A DNA stretch of 42,576 nt from IMG/VR virus record IMGVR_UViG_3300032272_000029, positions 1 through 42,576 of that record; one strand, given 5' to 3'. This DNA comes from a virus (lineage: Duplodnaviria > Caudoviricetes). Position numbers and translations under genes: made by a program. Positions 26,466 through 35,536 of this stretch are shown here, one piece after another (within the stretch, counting starts at the first letter, position 1; each line of letters starts with the position of its first letter). Below the pieces are notes generated by a model. It was not told where the DNA came from and did no database searches. It saw only the letters and a list, made by a program, of their open reading frames with translations.

Positions 26466-29400
26466 TTAGTGGCTCCAGCTAGGGCCCTGGCCCCGCATTT
26501 CGTCAATAATTGACTGGTCGTCGAACACCTCAGCAAACTGCTCCTGACCGTCACTACCCTTGGCCGCAGCGATAGCGTCAAACATGTCCTGGCGCAGGAG
26601 GGCGATACCTTCGTTAGACATACCCACCGATTCCGACAACTGCTCGTAGGCAATAACCAGAGCAAGAGCCTTGGCCATTTGGGCGCTAATGATGTGCGTG
26701 TCCAGAATGTCGGAGATAAACATCACGTTAGGCGTGCTCGTCTGCACGGTCAGAAGGACCTGCTTCTTAAGGGCGCGGTCTCCCTGCACCTTCCAGTGAA
26801 CGTCTCCACCGCGGTTCTCTGTGCCGTCTACGGTCAGAACCCGAAGCGCGCAGTCTGGGATTGTCCAGGCGGCGGCCCAGTTGCCTGGCGTAGCTGCTCC
26901 AGTTGCGGTGACAAAGTCCTCCTCGAGGTTGCAGCAGTTCCACGAGTGGTCCATGACAAACGCCTTGCGGGTGACGTTCCAGTTTTCTCGGATCAGGATG
27001 CTGTACTCGTCCTGCTCGTCGGTTGATGTCAACGCTCCTGGAAGTCCTACGCGGCGCATAGCCCAGTTCCAGATGTCGTAGACACAGATAGCTTCGCATA
27101 CCACTAGACCACAACTTTCTTCTGCGGGGGGACTCGCGTCGGCGAAGTTCACAACTACACGCAGGTTCGACGCAACCACGCTGGGGTGAACTACAGGAGA
27201 AGCGAAATTGACTTGTACGCTGGGCGCCTGAGCGAACACGTTCACTGTCGGACTCGGCCCAGTGCTCACGCTAGGCGCAGGCCTGGAGCTACCACTGATA
27301 GCCCCAACGCTGAGGGCGTCAACAGTCGTGACGAGGTAGGGCTTGGCCGTGTTGAAGTTGGACCCAACGCTTAGCGTGTTGTTCGAGGTGAACACGTTGA
27401 TTGGGAATAGGTAGGTCGGCGCCACATCCGCAGCGGTGAACTCCGCGAGACTGTCGTCGTCCCATGCGCGACCCCGAACGAACACGCTAGATAGAGCGCT
27501 CTTCGCCTCGTAGGCGCCAACTGAAGGAGTCGCCGTGGTGTACACGAGGTCGTCCAGGTCTCGTAGGAGGACTAGATCTGCAGCCCCAGAGTCAGAAGCA
27601 ACAGACGCACGGTCGGGACCATGAAGTGGCCCGGTAGTGACTGGCCTGAAGTCTCCGTTGTCCGGGTCCAGCACCAGGTCAGTGATAGCGTCGACACCAG
27701 CAGCTGCGGTCCAGTTGGTCCCGTAGTTTGTGGCGGCGCTGTCCCCGTAGTGGTTGCTGTCCACAAGTCGGTTGCCACTTGGGAGGTCACTTCCGATAGT
27801 GACCCTGCGGTGGAAGCAGTTATTACGGATGTCTATGTTGTCGAACGTGGCTGTTGTGGCTCGGTCAATGCTGTAGTCGTGGTTCAGCATCGTGTTGTGC
27901 TGGAACACCAGGTCGGTCATGGTCGCTGAGTTTAACCCAGGTATGTTTGACCCCGTGTCAGGGACATAGCTCTTCGTGTGGCTAAGGTTCCCCACCACCG
28001 ACAGGGCTACGAAGTCAGTTGTCTCCCCTGAAGAGTCGTCTGCCATGAGCAACACGCAGTGCCCGTTGGTATCAAAAACTCGGTTCGAGTAGATCCCGCC
28101 ATTAGTGGACGTTACGCCCGACAAATTGAACCCAACGAAATGCCCTACGTCGTCTGTCGTCCAAGAGGAGCCCACCGTCCCGAGGTTGCCAACGCCAGTT
28201 GCCTCGTTATTGGCGATCAGGTACCCGTCCCGAGGGTTACTCACAACGAACTCATGAACCTCAGTGATGGTGTTGTTGACCATCAACTTGATAGCCCCGT
28301 CAGAGACCGCGGCGCAGTCATGGATGTGGCTGTTCGTTATGTAGATATCATCCCACCCAGTATCGCTTAGGTCGTACCCCGTAAGCTTGAACAGGTGGTA
28401 GAGGTCAGAGGCGTGCTCAATGTTACCGCCAGACGTAAGCCTGCAGTTATGGAACCAGGCCTTCGTGTCCTGGTTTGCGCCCGTGTCGCCCTTCTTGACG
28501 GCCTGCTGCCCCTCAAAGTCGATGTTCTCGAACTTGATTAGGCGGCTACCAACACCCTCGCCAACGCTGGTGATTTTGGCCCTGGAGTAGTTAGGGTCTG
28601 TCCTGACAATGATGTGGTGGTTGTCGTTCTCGCTAGCGGTTATCGCCGAGACCCCACCCTCGTTCTCTAGGACGTTATTGTCCCCACGAATATTAATTAT
28701 CATCCCTGATCGGTCGTTGCCAGCCCTAGCGTTCACCGCCGTAATTATCTGCTGGTAGGGATCTGAGGTCCCGCCGGTATCGCCGTCACTCCCGTTATCA
28801 AAGTCGACCCAGTACTCTACCAGGGTGTCCTGCTCGTTAACGTCGAACCAGTAGTCCGCCGAGATCACGATCGGGACACCGTTGTAAGGCATAATGGTCG
28901 CCTCAATGGTGTACCCAGCGCTACCACCAAACTGGCCAGGCTCTGTGTTGATCCCCACGTTGTAGTCGTAGATGCCCGAGGTTGCGTTGTACGTCGGCTC
29001 GTAGATAGAGACGCCCTGAGACAGGTCTGTGCGCTCGCAAGAGAACACGACCCGCTCTACGCCCCCTGGGCAGCTAGCCTTGACCCCAATCCTCACAGAA
29101 CCGTCTGTTATCCGCGCGTGCTCTGGGATAGTGAAGGACGCGGTCATGGTCGCATCGTTGAAGTTCTGAACGTTCGTAGTCCCGTTATACGGGCCCGTAG
29201 TGACGGCTGCTGGTGTGGGCATAGGCCCGCCGGCGCCTATCGTTAGCAAGCCGGAGCCGTCAGCGCTAGGCTCTATGCGGCTACTTCCAACAGACAGCGC
29301 CTCAGCATAAACGTGAGGCTGCAGGACTGGTGCCAGGGACGGGAAGTTAGAGGCTACGGCAAAGGGTTCCTCGTGAACCTTCTGGTAGCCCAAGGGGCCC

Positions 29401-31613
29401 TGGATAACCTCGAAAGCACAAAGGGAAACCCCGTCCGTGTGAGTGACACTGAGGTCCGTGAGAACTATCTCTAGACTTCCACCCACCACTGTACAGTCAG
29501 CCTTGGCGACCACTGCGGTGTTTAGCCCACCAGCCCTCGAGAAGATGTCGATCACACCAGTGTCGCCCGCGGTGACTCCCTCGACTGCGGCGCTAAACCT
29601 ACGGTACCCACGAGACGCAAACGTGTCCTCTTCAGCGAAGTGGAATATTACGTGAATGGGCATGTTGTGCATGTTTATGACCGTGTACTTCAGCTGCGTC
29701 TTCGGGTTAGTGGTCCTACCGTTCTGGTAGATCTGCTCTGGGTAGTCACCGGTACCTGAGATAGAGTTAGCGTTCGAGAAAATGCTACCCTCAAAGCCTG
29801 CGTCTAGACTAACCCCATAAAGAATCCCAGCGATAGCGCTAGTGTCTCCAACCCAAATCACATCAAGGCTTGGGTGCGGGGCCAGGGGGATTAGAGTGTC
29901 AGCCGTGCCACACATAACCCTAACAAGGGCTTCGCCGTTAGTCCTGGCCGACCCAGGGTTGAACTGCACGCTAAGGGGTTCCGCCTGAACTACCGTGTAG
30001 GGAGCGCCCTCTATCTGGCTGCTCGAGACGCTGAGCCCCTGGGCTAGAATCCCCACCGTGGGCAAGGCCTCTGTGAAGTTAACTCCGACAGATAGGGCCT
30101 CAACTACAGGGTACGGGTTCCTCTTCACCGTCGGGAAGTTCGTGGTTACCGAGATGGCCTCAGCGGTAACGTTCTGCACTACTACAGTCGAGATCTCTAG
30201 GGCGCTGGACGCCGGCACTGCGGCCCATGTGGTGATAGACGGGTTGTTCGCGGAGAGCGCACCGCACGCGATACCAGAGGCGCCGTTGTGGTCTTCCTCT
30301 AACCCCTGTGAGCCAGCAAGCCACCTGCGGAGGATCTGCTCCGTCGTGAGGGCCTTACTCTGGATGCTCATCTCGCAGATCCAACCCTGCATGGAGTCTG
30401 TGAAGGAGCCGTTCCTGTGAGCCGCGGCGATTGCAGTCTTGTAGTTTGTGTTAAGGGTGCAGGGGACACGGCCACCATAGTTGAAGTTGGTTATGTCCTC
30501 GTCTTTGCCATCAAGGACAAGCTTGATCTGGCCGAACCCACCGTTGTCGTCCGTACTGTACGTCAGCGCCCCGAGGTGCCACTCTCCAACGTCATAAGCG
30601 TTGGTGGACACCATCGTTGTAACCGCGGTGCTGTCAAAGAGCCTGCACCTAACCTTCAGTCCACCGTCAGTACGGAACCCGTACATGAACTCTACGTTGT
30701 TACCGCTAGTGTTCTGGTTCCGGGCAATCATCCTCGTCTGGTCGTTCTGGTTGTTCGTTAGGGTGATGTAGAACCACCCCATGTAGGTGAATCGCTCCTG
30801 GTCACCATAGTTGCCCGTACCGCAGTCTGCGTAGCTATCCGGAGATCCCGTGTTAGACACCTCCACGCAGGTGGTTGAACCAACGACAGCACCAGACTCA
30901 CCGGTTGTTTGGGCCACGTTGCCCCAGGTGCCGGTAAGGAGACCCGTGCTATCAACGATCTGTGGGTTGGAAGCTCCCTCTTGGCCGCGCCACCTAGCCA
31001 GGATCGTCGCGCTGTCGTTAGCTGTTATGTAGCTATCGAAGTCGTGTACCGTGGAGTTATCGAAGTCGAAGGCTGAGTACGCTGGGGTCGCGTAGGACTC
31101 GGGGGCTTTGACCCCGCTGTACAGGTTTAAAACGTCCGAACCTGACAACGCCTGCGTCCAGAACGCCGGGGCCGTGATAACCAGGTCGGAAAGGAAGTCT
31201 CCGGGGGTGTCGTCGTTATTAGCGCCGAACGTGAATGTGTTAGTGGTAGTGCTCCTGGCGGTCACAGTTACTGAGCTCGCCGTAGCCACACCGTCAAAGT
31301 AGATCGAGTATGTGGTGGAGTTCTCGGCAACGATAGCGACGTGATGGAACGTGTCGTCGGTCATTGCCGAGGCGCTACCGATGATAGATTCCTGGTAAGC
31401 CTCTATCTCCTCGGAAGCGTTGATCCGGATCTGTAGCTGCTGCGCTCCAGAGTTACCGATAGCGAATACAACCTCGCCACCGCTGTTGGTCGTAGAAGAC
31501 CCCACGCGGTGAACCCAGAACGTGATGCTGAACTGGTTGGCATACCACCTAGCGTCAGAGGTTGTGCTCCGCAGGTACTCGTCTGTATTTGATGCCGAAA
31601 ACTTACGAGACAT
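26466..31613 (-). CDS. Multidomain fibre/adhesin (LamG x2, malectin-like, Ig-like, beta-helix) fused to C-terminal tail tubular protein A
   Basis: LamG motifs (FSITFW...FHHVAI...IYFDG; WHLGALTY); malectin-like (IYQNGR...IFHFAE...GYRRF...DIFSRAGG...AFEVI); beta-helix (YWVDFDNGSD...GDFRP...VGAYE); C-terminal adaptor (DIWNWAMRRVG...HSWNC...WTIPDCALRV). Confidence 0.85.
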   Translation of the reverse strand: MSRKFSASNTDEYLRSTTSDARWYANQFSITFWVHRVGSSTTNSGGEVVFAIGNSGAQQLQIRINASEEIEAYQESIIGSASAMTDDTFHHVAIVAENSTTYSIYFDGVATASSVTVTARSTTTNTFTFGANNDDTPGDFLSDLVITAPAFWTQALSGSDVLNLYSGVKAPESYATPAYSAFDFDNSTVHDFDSYITANDSATILARWRGQEGASNPQIVDSTGLLTGTWGNVAQTTGESGAVVGSTTCVEVSNTGSPDSYADCGTGNYGDQERFTYMGWFYITLTNNQNDQTRMIARNQNTSGNNVEFMYGFRTDGGLKVRCRLFDSTAVTTMVSTNAYDVGEWHLGALTYSTDDNGGFGQIKLVLDGKDEDITNFNYGGRVPCTLNTNYKTAIAAAHRNGSFTDSMQGWICEMSIQSKALTTEQILRRWLAGSQGLEEDHNGASGIACGALSANNPSITTWAAVPASSALEISTVVVQNVTAEAISVTTNFPTVKRNPYPVVEALSVGVNFTEALPTVGILAQGLSVSSSQIEGAPYTVVQAEPLSVQFNPGSARTNGEALVRVMCGTADTLIPLAPHPSLDVIWVGDTSAIAGILYGVSLDAGFEGSIFSNANSISGTGDYPEQIYQNGRTTNPKTQLKYTVINMHNMPIHVIFHFAEEDTFASRGYRRFSAAVEGVTAGDTGVIDIFSRAGGLNTAVVAKADCTVVGGSLEIVLTDLSVTHTDGVSLCAFEVIQGPLGYQKVHEEPFAVASNFPSLAPVLQPHVYAEALSVGSSRIEPSADGSGLLTIGAGGPMPTPAAVTTGPYNGTTNVQNFNDATMTASFTIPEHARITDGSVRIGVKASCPGGVERVVFSCERTDLSQGVSIYEPTYNATSGIYDYNVGINTEPGQFGGSAGYTIEATIMPYNGVPIVISADYWFDVNEQDTLVEYWVDFDNGSDGDTGGTSDPYQQIITAVNARAGNDRSGMIINIRGDNNVLENEGGVSAITASENDNHHIIVRTDPNYSRAKITSVGEGVGSRLIKFENIDFEGQQAVKKGDTGANQDTKAWFHNCRLTSGGNIEHASDLYHLFKLTGYDLSDTGWDDIYITNSHIHDCAAVSDGAIKLMVNNTITEVHEFVVSNPRDGYLIANNEATGVGNLGTVGSSWTTDDVGHFVGFNLSGVTSTNGGIYSNRVFDTNGHCVLLMADDSSGETTDFVALSVVGNLSHTKSYVPDTGSNIPGLNSATMTDLVFQHNTMLNHDYSIDRATTATFDNIDIRNNCFHRRVTIGSDLPSGNRLVDSNHYGDSAATNYGTNWTAAAGVDAITDLVLDPDNGDFRPVTTGPLHGPDRASVASDSGAADLVLLRDLDDLVYTTATPSVGAYEAKSALSSVFVRGRAWDDDSLAEFTAADVAPTYLFPINVFTSNNTLSVGSNFNTAKPYLVTTVDALSVGAISGSSRPAPSVSTGPSPTVNVFAQAPSVQVNFASPVVHPSVVASNLRVVVNFADASPPAEESCGLVVCEAICVYDIWNWAMRRVGLPGALTSTDEQDEYSILIRENWNVTRKAFVMDHSWNCCNLEEDFVTATGAATPGNWAAAWTIPDCALRVLTVDGTENRGGDVHWKVQGDRALKKQVLLTVQTSTPNVMFISDILDTHIISAQMAKALALVIAYEQLSESVGMSNEGIALLRQDMFDAIAAAKGSDGQEQFAEVFDDQSIIDEMRGQGPSWSH

Positions 31614-31648
31614 CCGCGGAGCCCTCCCCCTCTATGACGGTCTGATTC

Positions 31649-32161
31649 TTAGGCAGCGTAGCTGTGTGCGAAGTCGAACAGGATTCCACCGGAGAACGAA
31701 ATCACGTAGTCGTTGCCGTTCGTGACTGTCGGCGTGTTGAAGCGAATCCAGGCGATACAGTTGTCGCTGGTCTTGTTAATGAGTACGCAGCCAGAGAGGG
31801 TTTCCTCTCCTGTGGGGAGTCCGGTAAGGCCTGAGTAGGTCAGGGTAGATCCTACATTCAGCTTGAAGTCGAACGTATCCTCGGTTGCGTGGTCCGCAGC
31901 TGTGATAACGCCCGTGCCTGTTGTCAGGGTACTCGCAATGTCCTCGCCGCCAGCCGTGTACCCACCCGACGTATTGAACTCTTTGCCGCCAGCAGTAAGG
32001 GAGGCCGCTGTGTCGTAGCCGCCAGCACCGGCGTCTAGGTCAGCCTCGACCAACTCCGTGGCCCCGATAAGCGCCACCTTGTGGACATCCGAAGACCAGT
32101 CCTGGTCAACGGTGTTGAAGATGTTCGCCAAGCCCTTGGAGAACAAGTTAGAAACAGACAT
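31649..32161 (-). CDS. Virion structural protein (fibre/collar-associated)
   Basis: DWSSDVHKVAL...GGYTAGG...GCVLIN...TNGNDYVISF motif set typical of phage structural modules. Confidence 0.75.
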   Translation of the reverse strand: MSVSNLFSKGLANIFNTVDQDWSSDVHKVALIGATELVEADLDAGAGGYDTAASLTAGGKEFNTSGGYTAGGEDIASTLTTGTGVITAADHATEDTFDFKLNVGSTLTYSGLTGLPTGEETLSGCVLINKTSDNCIAWIRFNTPTVTNGNDYVISFSGGILFDFAHSYAA

Positions 32162-32197
32162 CCTTCACCTTCCTTCAGGGCGAGGAACGCCCTCTCT

Positions 32198-32689
32198 CTA
32201 AACAGATGCGACTGACGGAATCTTGTAAGCCCTCACCATGAGCGTAATGATGTTTGTGCCCGTAGTAGAAGCGCCGCCCGTCAAACTCGCGACCCTGATG
32301 AAAACTTTCTGGGCTACGTCCGCGTAACCCTTCGTTGACTGGGGACCGAAACTCATCGCGTTCCCAAGGTCATTCTTGTTAGCGTCAAACGACGTAACAA
32401 AGTTCTGGTAGTCACCGAGGACGCCCACCTCCATGGTGCAGGTAGACCCCGCCGGCTTCTCTGTGCAGTGGATAAACCCCTCCGCGACCACATAGCCGGA
32501 AGGGATCGTCAGCATTTCAATCACGTTGCCCAGAGCTATGCCTGCCTCCGGTACCGTGTAGGCCGCCATGAACACCCGCGCCCCGAGCTTTGTGTGAACC
32601 CTATCACCGAAAGAGTCCACCGACGTAGCCACGGGGTCCGCAACGATCGACGAAGAAGGTCCAGCGATCAGGAGCGGAATCAGGGGCAT
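32198..32689 (-). CDS. Decoration-like beta-sandwich protein, paralog of 34056-34466
   Basis: GNVIEMLTIPSGYVVAEGFI vs GDDVELFTIPAGSVVIAGFL; start ATG at 32689. Confidence 0.7.
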   Translation of the reverse strand: MPLIPLLIAGPSSSIVADPVATSVDSFGDRVHTKLGARVFMAAYTVPEAGIALGNVIEMLTIPSGYVVAEGFIHCTEKPAGSTCTMEVGVLGDYQNFVTSFDANKNDLGNAMSFGPQSTKGYADVAQKVFIRVASLTGGASTTGTNIITLMVRAYKIPSVASV

Positions 32690-32690
32690 G

Positions 32691-33980
32691 TTACGGCGAC
32701 TCCTCCCAGTTGATGCAGCCCTGGATATCTGCGTCCGCATTCAGCGGTCTCACGCACAGGACTAGCTCGTCTACGGTCGCGTCTATCGCGGCACCCAGGA
32801 GAAGGTCGCTGCCTGCTAGCTTTATCGTCGCAACACTCAGCGATCCGTACCCGCGGGCGATTACAGTCCCGCCGGTCACAGTGTTAGCCGTGGCGCCAGT
32901 AGCAAACTGGCAAGCCGAGTTCGTCAGGTTCCCATAGGTGAACGTGCTCGCAACTGTCGGGTTATGGATCAGCTGCAGCTCGTAGCTATCGGAGAGCTCC
33001 GTCATGCCAGACACCTCGGTGACCTTGACAGTTGCTCCGAGGTGCGTGGACTTCAGACGAATCCCGACAAGGGCGTAAACAGTGTCGGCTACGGCGGCGT
33101 CAACGTGTGCGGTAGTTCCTGCAGAGAAGGGTATGCTGGTGCGGGTCCCACCCTCGGACATGACAGTCGCGGAAATCGCGCGCATGCTGTTCACACCGGA
33201 GGAGGAGGTCGTGATGAGCTGTACCCTCAACGGTAGGTTGGGGGTAGAGGACCACGGGGTCGTATCTGAATTGGCTTGGCTGAACTCGTGGACGTACCAC
33301 AGGTGCCCGTCAATCTCGAGGCCCATGCGAATGCGACCCGTAGGCCACTGGTAGTCCATGACGAAGACCTGAACCTTGGTCCAGTCTACGGTGAGCCCGC
33401 TGGGGTTTTCTGCGTCAGCGCCGCCATCCATGACGTCGAGGTTCCAGGACACCTGTGCAACCGTGGTATCCACAGGAGTACCCGTATCGTTACTCCTGAT
33501 GGTAACGCCCACGGTGCCCGCGCTGGACTCGAAGAACACGCCGTTGTCATCGTCGAACAGCCCGAACCTGCGCTCACAGCCAGTCGTGACGCCCGAGGCT
33601 AACTCGAGGACGCCAGTGAGCATGGCCAGTTGGCTCTTTCCCGGCTGGTAGTTGAACCTACGGAAGGTCTGCCGCGTAAGCGTAGTGGCTGTGACGTTGG
33701 TGCTAGCCAGGTCAATGTAGGGCTTGGCCGCGGTGGGTGTGCTGAAGCTTCCACCGGAACCTGACTCCTCTGACTCGTCCCAGAGTAGCGGGCCGTCGTC
33801 AGCGCCTAGCAGCTTGGAATCGAATACCGTCTCGGGGTTGGATACCCGCCAGCGACCGAACGCATCTACCGAAGCAGAGTCTTGTTCGCCCTCAACGAGA
33901 ACCCTCTGGAACTTTACGCCGCCGCGATCGTCTGCGGCATACACTTCGCCAGTACCCGGAAGGGTGGTGTTGTCTGCCAT
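32691..33980 (-). CDS. Conserved virion protein (429 aa, beta-rich)
   Basis: MADNTTLPGTGE...DD-x-GGV..QRV N-terminus; DAFGR-x-RVSNP, YQPGKSQL, R-x-G-x-FDD-x-NG-x-FFE motifs. Confidence 0.8.
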   Translation of the reverse strand: MADNTTLPGTGEVYAADDRGGVKFQRVLVEGEQDSASVDAFGRWRVSNPETVFDSKLLGADDGPLLWDESEESGSGGSFSTPTAAKPYIDLASTNVTATTLTRQTFRRFNYQPGKSQLAMLTGVLELASGVTTGCERRFGLFDDDNGVFFESSAGTVGVTIRSNDTGTPVDTTVAQVSWNLDVMDGGADAENPSGLTVDWTKVQVFVMDYQWPTGRIRMGLEIDGHLWYVHEFSQANSDTTPWSSTPNLPLRVQLITTSSSGVNSMRAISATVMSEGGTRTSIPFSAGTTAHVDAAVADTVYALVGIRLKSTHLGATVKVTEVSGMTELSDSYELQLIHNPTVASTFTYGNLTNSACQFATGATANTVTGGTVIARGYGSLSVATIKLAGSDLLLGAAIDATVDELVLCVRPLNADADIQGCINWEESP

Positions 33981-33995
33981 GTTGGTCTCCCTTCA

Positions 33996-34045
33996 GAGAA
34001 ACTGGCCGGGGCGGCACTGAGAACGGGGGGCGCCGCCCCTTCCAG
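33996..34045 (-). terminator. Hairpin/terminator after the capsid and decoration genes
   Basis: On the minus strand ggggcggcgc...gtgccgcccc, followed by tttctct. Confidence 0.55.
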
Positions 34046-34055
34046 ATTGCTTTGT

Positions 34056-34466
34056 TTACACGTTAGGCAAGTTGAGGACCAGGAGCCCTACGGTAATGCG
34101 AGCCCCGTTGGTGACAGTGGTCACCGCGTCAAAGGTCAGCACGACCGTGGTTTCAGCCGTCGCCCGTGCGTCAGTCTGCTCAAGCAACGTGCACCCTGCG
34201 GTTCCACAAGGGATCGCGCTAAAGAAGGCGTCATCGTCTGAGCTTGTTCCAACGTCACAAGTCACAGTGCCACCGCAGTCCTCGCGGTCGAGGAATCCTG
34301 CGATCACGACTGACCCTGCTGGGATCGTAAACAGCTCTACGTCGTCCCCGATAGTGTCGATGTCATCGGTGTCGATTGTGTAGGTAGCTGTGTGCCAGAT
34401 CGGGGTAGCTTGAACGGTGTACTGGTTGAACGTAGCCGCACGAGCGTCCGCTTGGTATGTCGTCAT
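34056..34466 (-). CDS. Capsid decoration/cement-like protein
   Basis: Directly after the major capsid gene; SD aaggaggt; beta-sandwich pattern. Confidence 0.75.
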   Translation of the reverse strand: MTTYQADARAATFNQYTVQATPIWHTATYTIDTDDIDTIGDDVELFTIPAGSVVIAGFLDREDCGGTVTCDVGTSSDDDAFFSAIPCGTAGCTLLEQTDARATAETTVVLTFDAVTTVTNGARITVGLLVLNLPNV

Positions 34467-34481
34467 GATTTACCTCCTTTC

Positions 34482-35399
34482 TTAGCTAGTAGGAACAGGC
34501 GTGTCGTCAGTGAAGTCCTGGCGAACAACCTGGTCGTCGTGGATTCGAGCAGCAGCACAGAGGCCGTACACTGCAAGCTGAAGGCCGTGCTGGCGGTCAG
34601 TTGCAACGTCGAGCTCTACAGCGATATCAGCACCGTCGTCACCGTGCACCATAGCGGTGTCCGGGAACATGTAGGCGTCACGGTCCGTACCTGCGTTATC
34701 CAGGCCGGTTCCGATATTCGTCCAGGTGAACTCGATACCCATCCAGGACGGGAGGTCGCCGTTGATCATGGACTTCATGTTCACAAAGTCCGTGCTCGTT
34801 AGGCGGTTGCCCAGGTTGGCGTCTGAGGCCTGCATGAGATCGTTCTGCATCTGGTAGGTACCGATGAAGTAGATCTTCTGGCCGTTATTGACAGCCTCAG
34901 CCTTCTGAAGCAGAAGCTTCATATCCATGATAGCCGCGGGGGTGATTACCGCTGGATCTGCAGGCGCGTCATGAGCGGTGATAATATTGCTCGCGACCGT
35001 ACCATTCTTGCCCGAGTAGGCAGTCCCGGCCAGAGCAGCCGTGAACGTGATGTCCTTCTGGCGCTTGAAGCCAGCGTGGACAGCTTTGAGCATCTGGGAA
35101 TCCGGCTCGAGGGCGCGCTGCAGGTGCAGCATGTCCTTGCGAGGGAAGATCTCAGTGTACTCGTAATCGTCCTCGACGATCATCCTGCGCGAACGCGGAA
35201 TCTCTTGGGGGACGTTGGGTTGGTTGCGTTGGGTGACCTTCGTGAGTACGACCTTGCCGTACACGTCGAAGAACGTCTTTTCACCAAGGAGGGGCTCGTG
35301 AGTACCGAGCATATCGGTGTCTGAGTCCAGCTGCTGCGACAGGAGCCGCAGTTCTGAGGCCCACCCGACCTTGGCGACATTAAGCGCCTGAGAAGGCAT
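34482..35399 (-). CDS. Major capsid protein
   Basis: LLSQQLDS, RSRRM, AGFKRQKD, TSTDFVNMKSMINGDLPSWMGIEF, AARI-x-D-x-x-V; SD ggagg; synteny. Confidence 0.9.
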   Translation of the reverse strand: MPSQALNVAKVGWASELRLLSQQLDSDTDMLGTHEPLLGEKTFFDVYGKVVLTKVTQRNQPNVPQEIPRSRRMIVEDDYEYTEIFPRKDMLHLQRALEPDSQMLKAVHAGFKRQKDITFTAALAGTAYSGKNGTVASNIITAHDAPADPAVITPAAIMDMKLLLQKAEAVNNGQKIYFIGTYQMQNDLMQASDANLGNRLTSTDFVNMKSMINGDLPSWMGIEFTWTNIGTGLDNAGTDRDAYMFPDTAMVHGDDGADIAVELDVATDRQHGLQLAVYGLCAAARIHDDQVVRQDFTDDTPVPTS

Positions 35400-35536
35400 A
35401 ATGCTTCCTCCAGTAAAAGTCTAAGGCTTCGACAGGAGGGATACCCGGCGCTCCGGGGGCTCCTTGGATCTCGGGGCCCTCCGAAGAGGGGGAGGCCAAG
35501 GTCAGGTGGTTTAGTTTAGGACCGAACGGGCCCTAG

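Noticed and set aside
34467-34520. T7 10A/10B-type capsid frameshift into the decoration gene
   Set aside because: No slippery heptamer near the capsid stop, and the next gene has its own strong SD.
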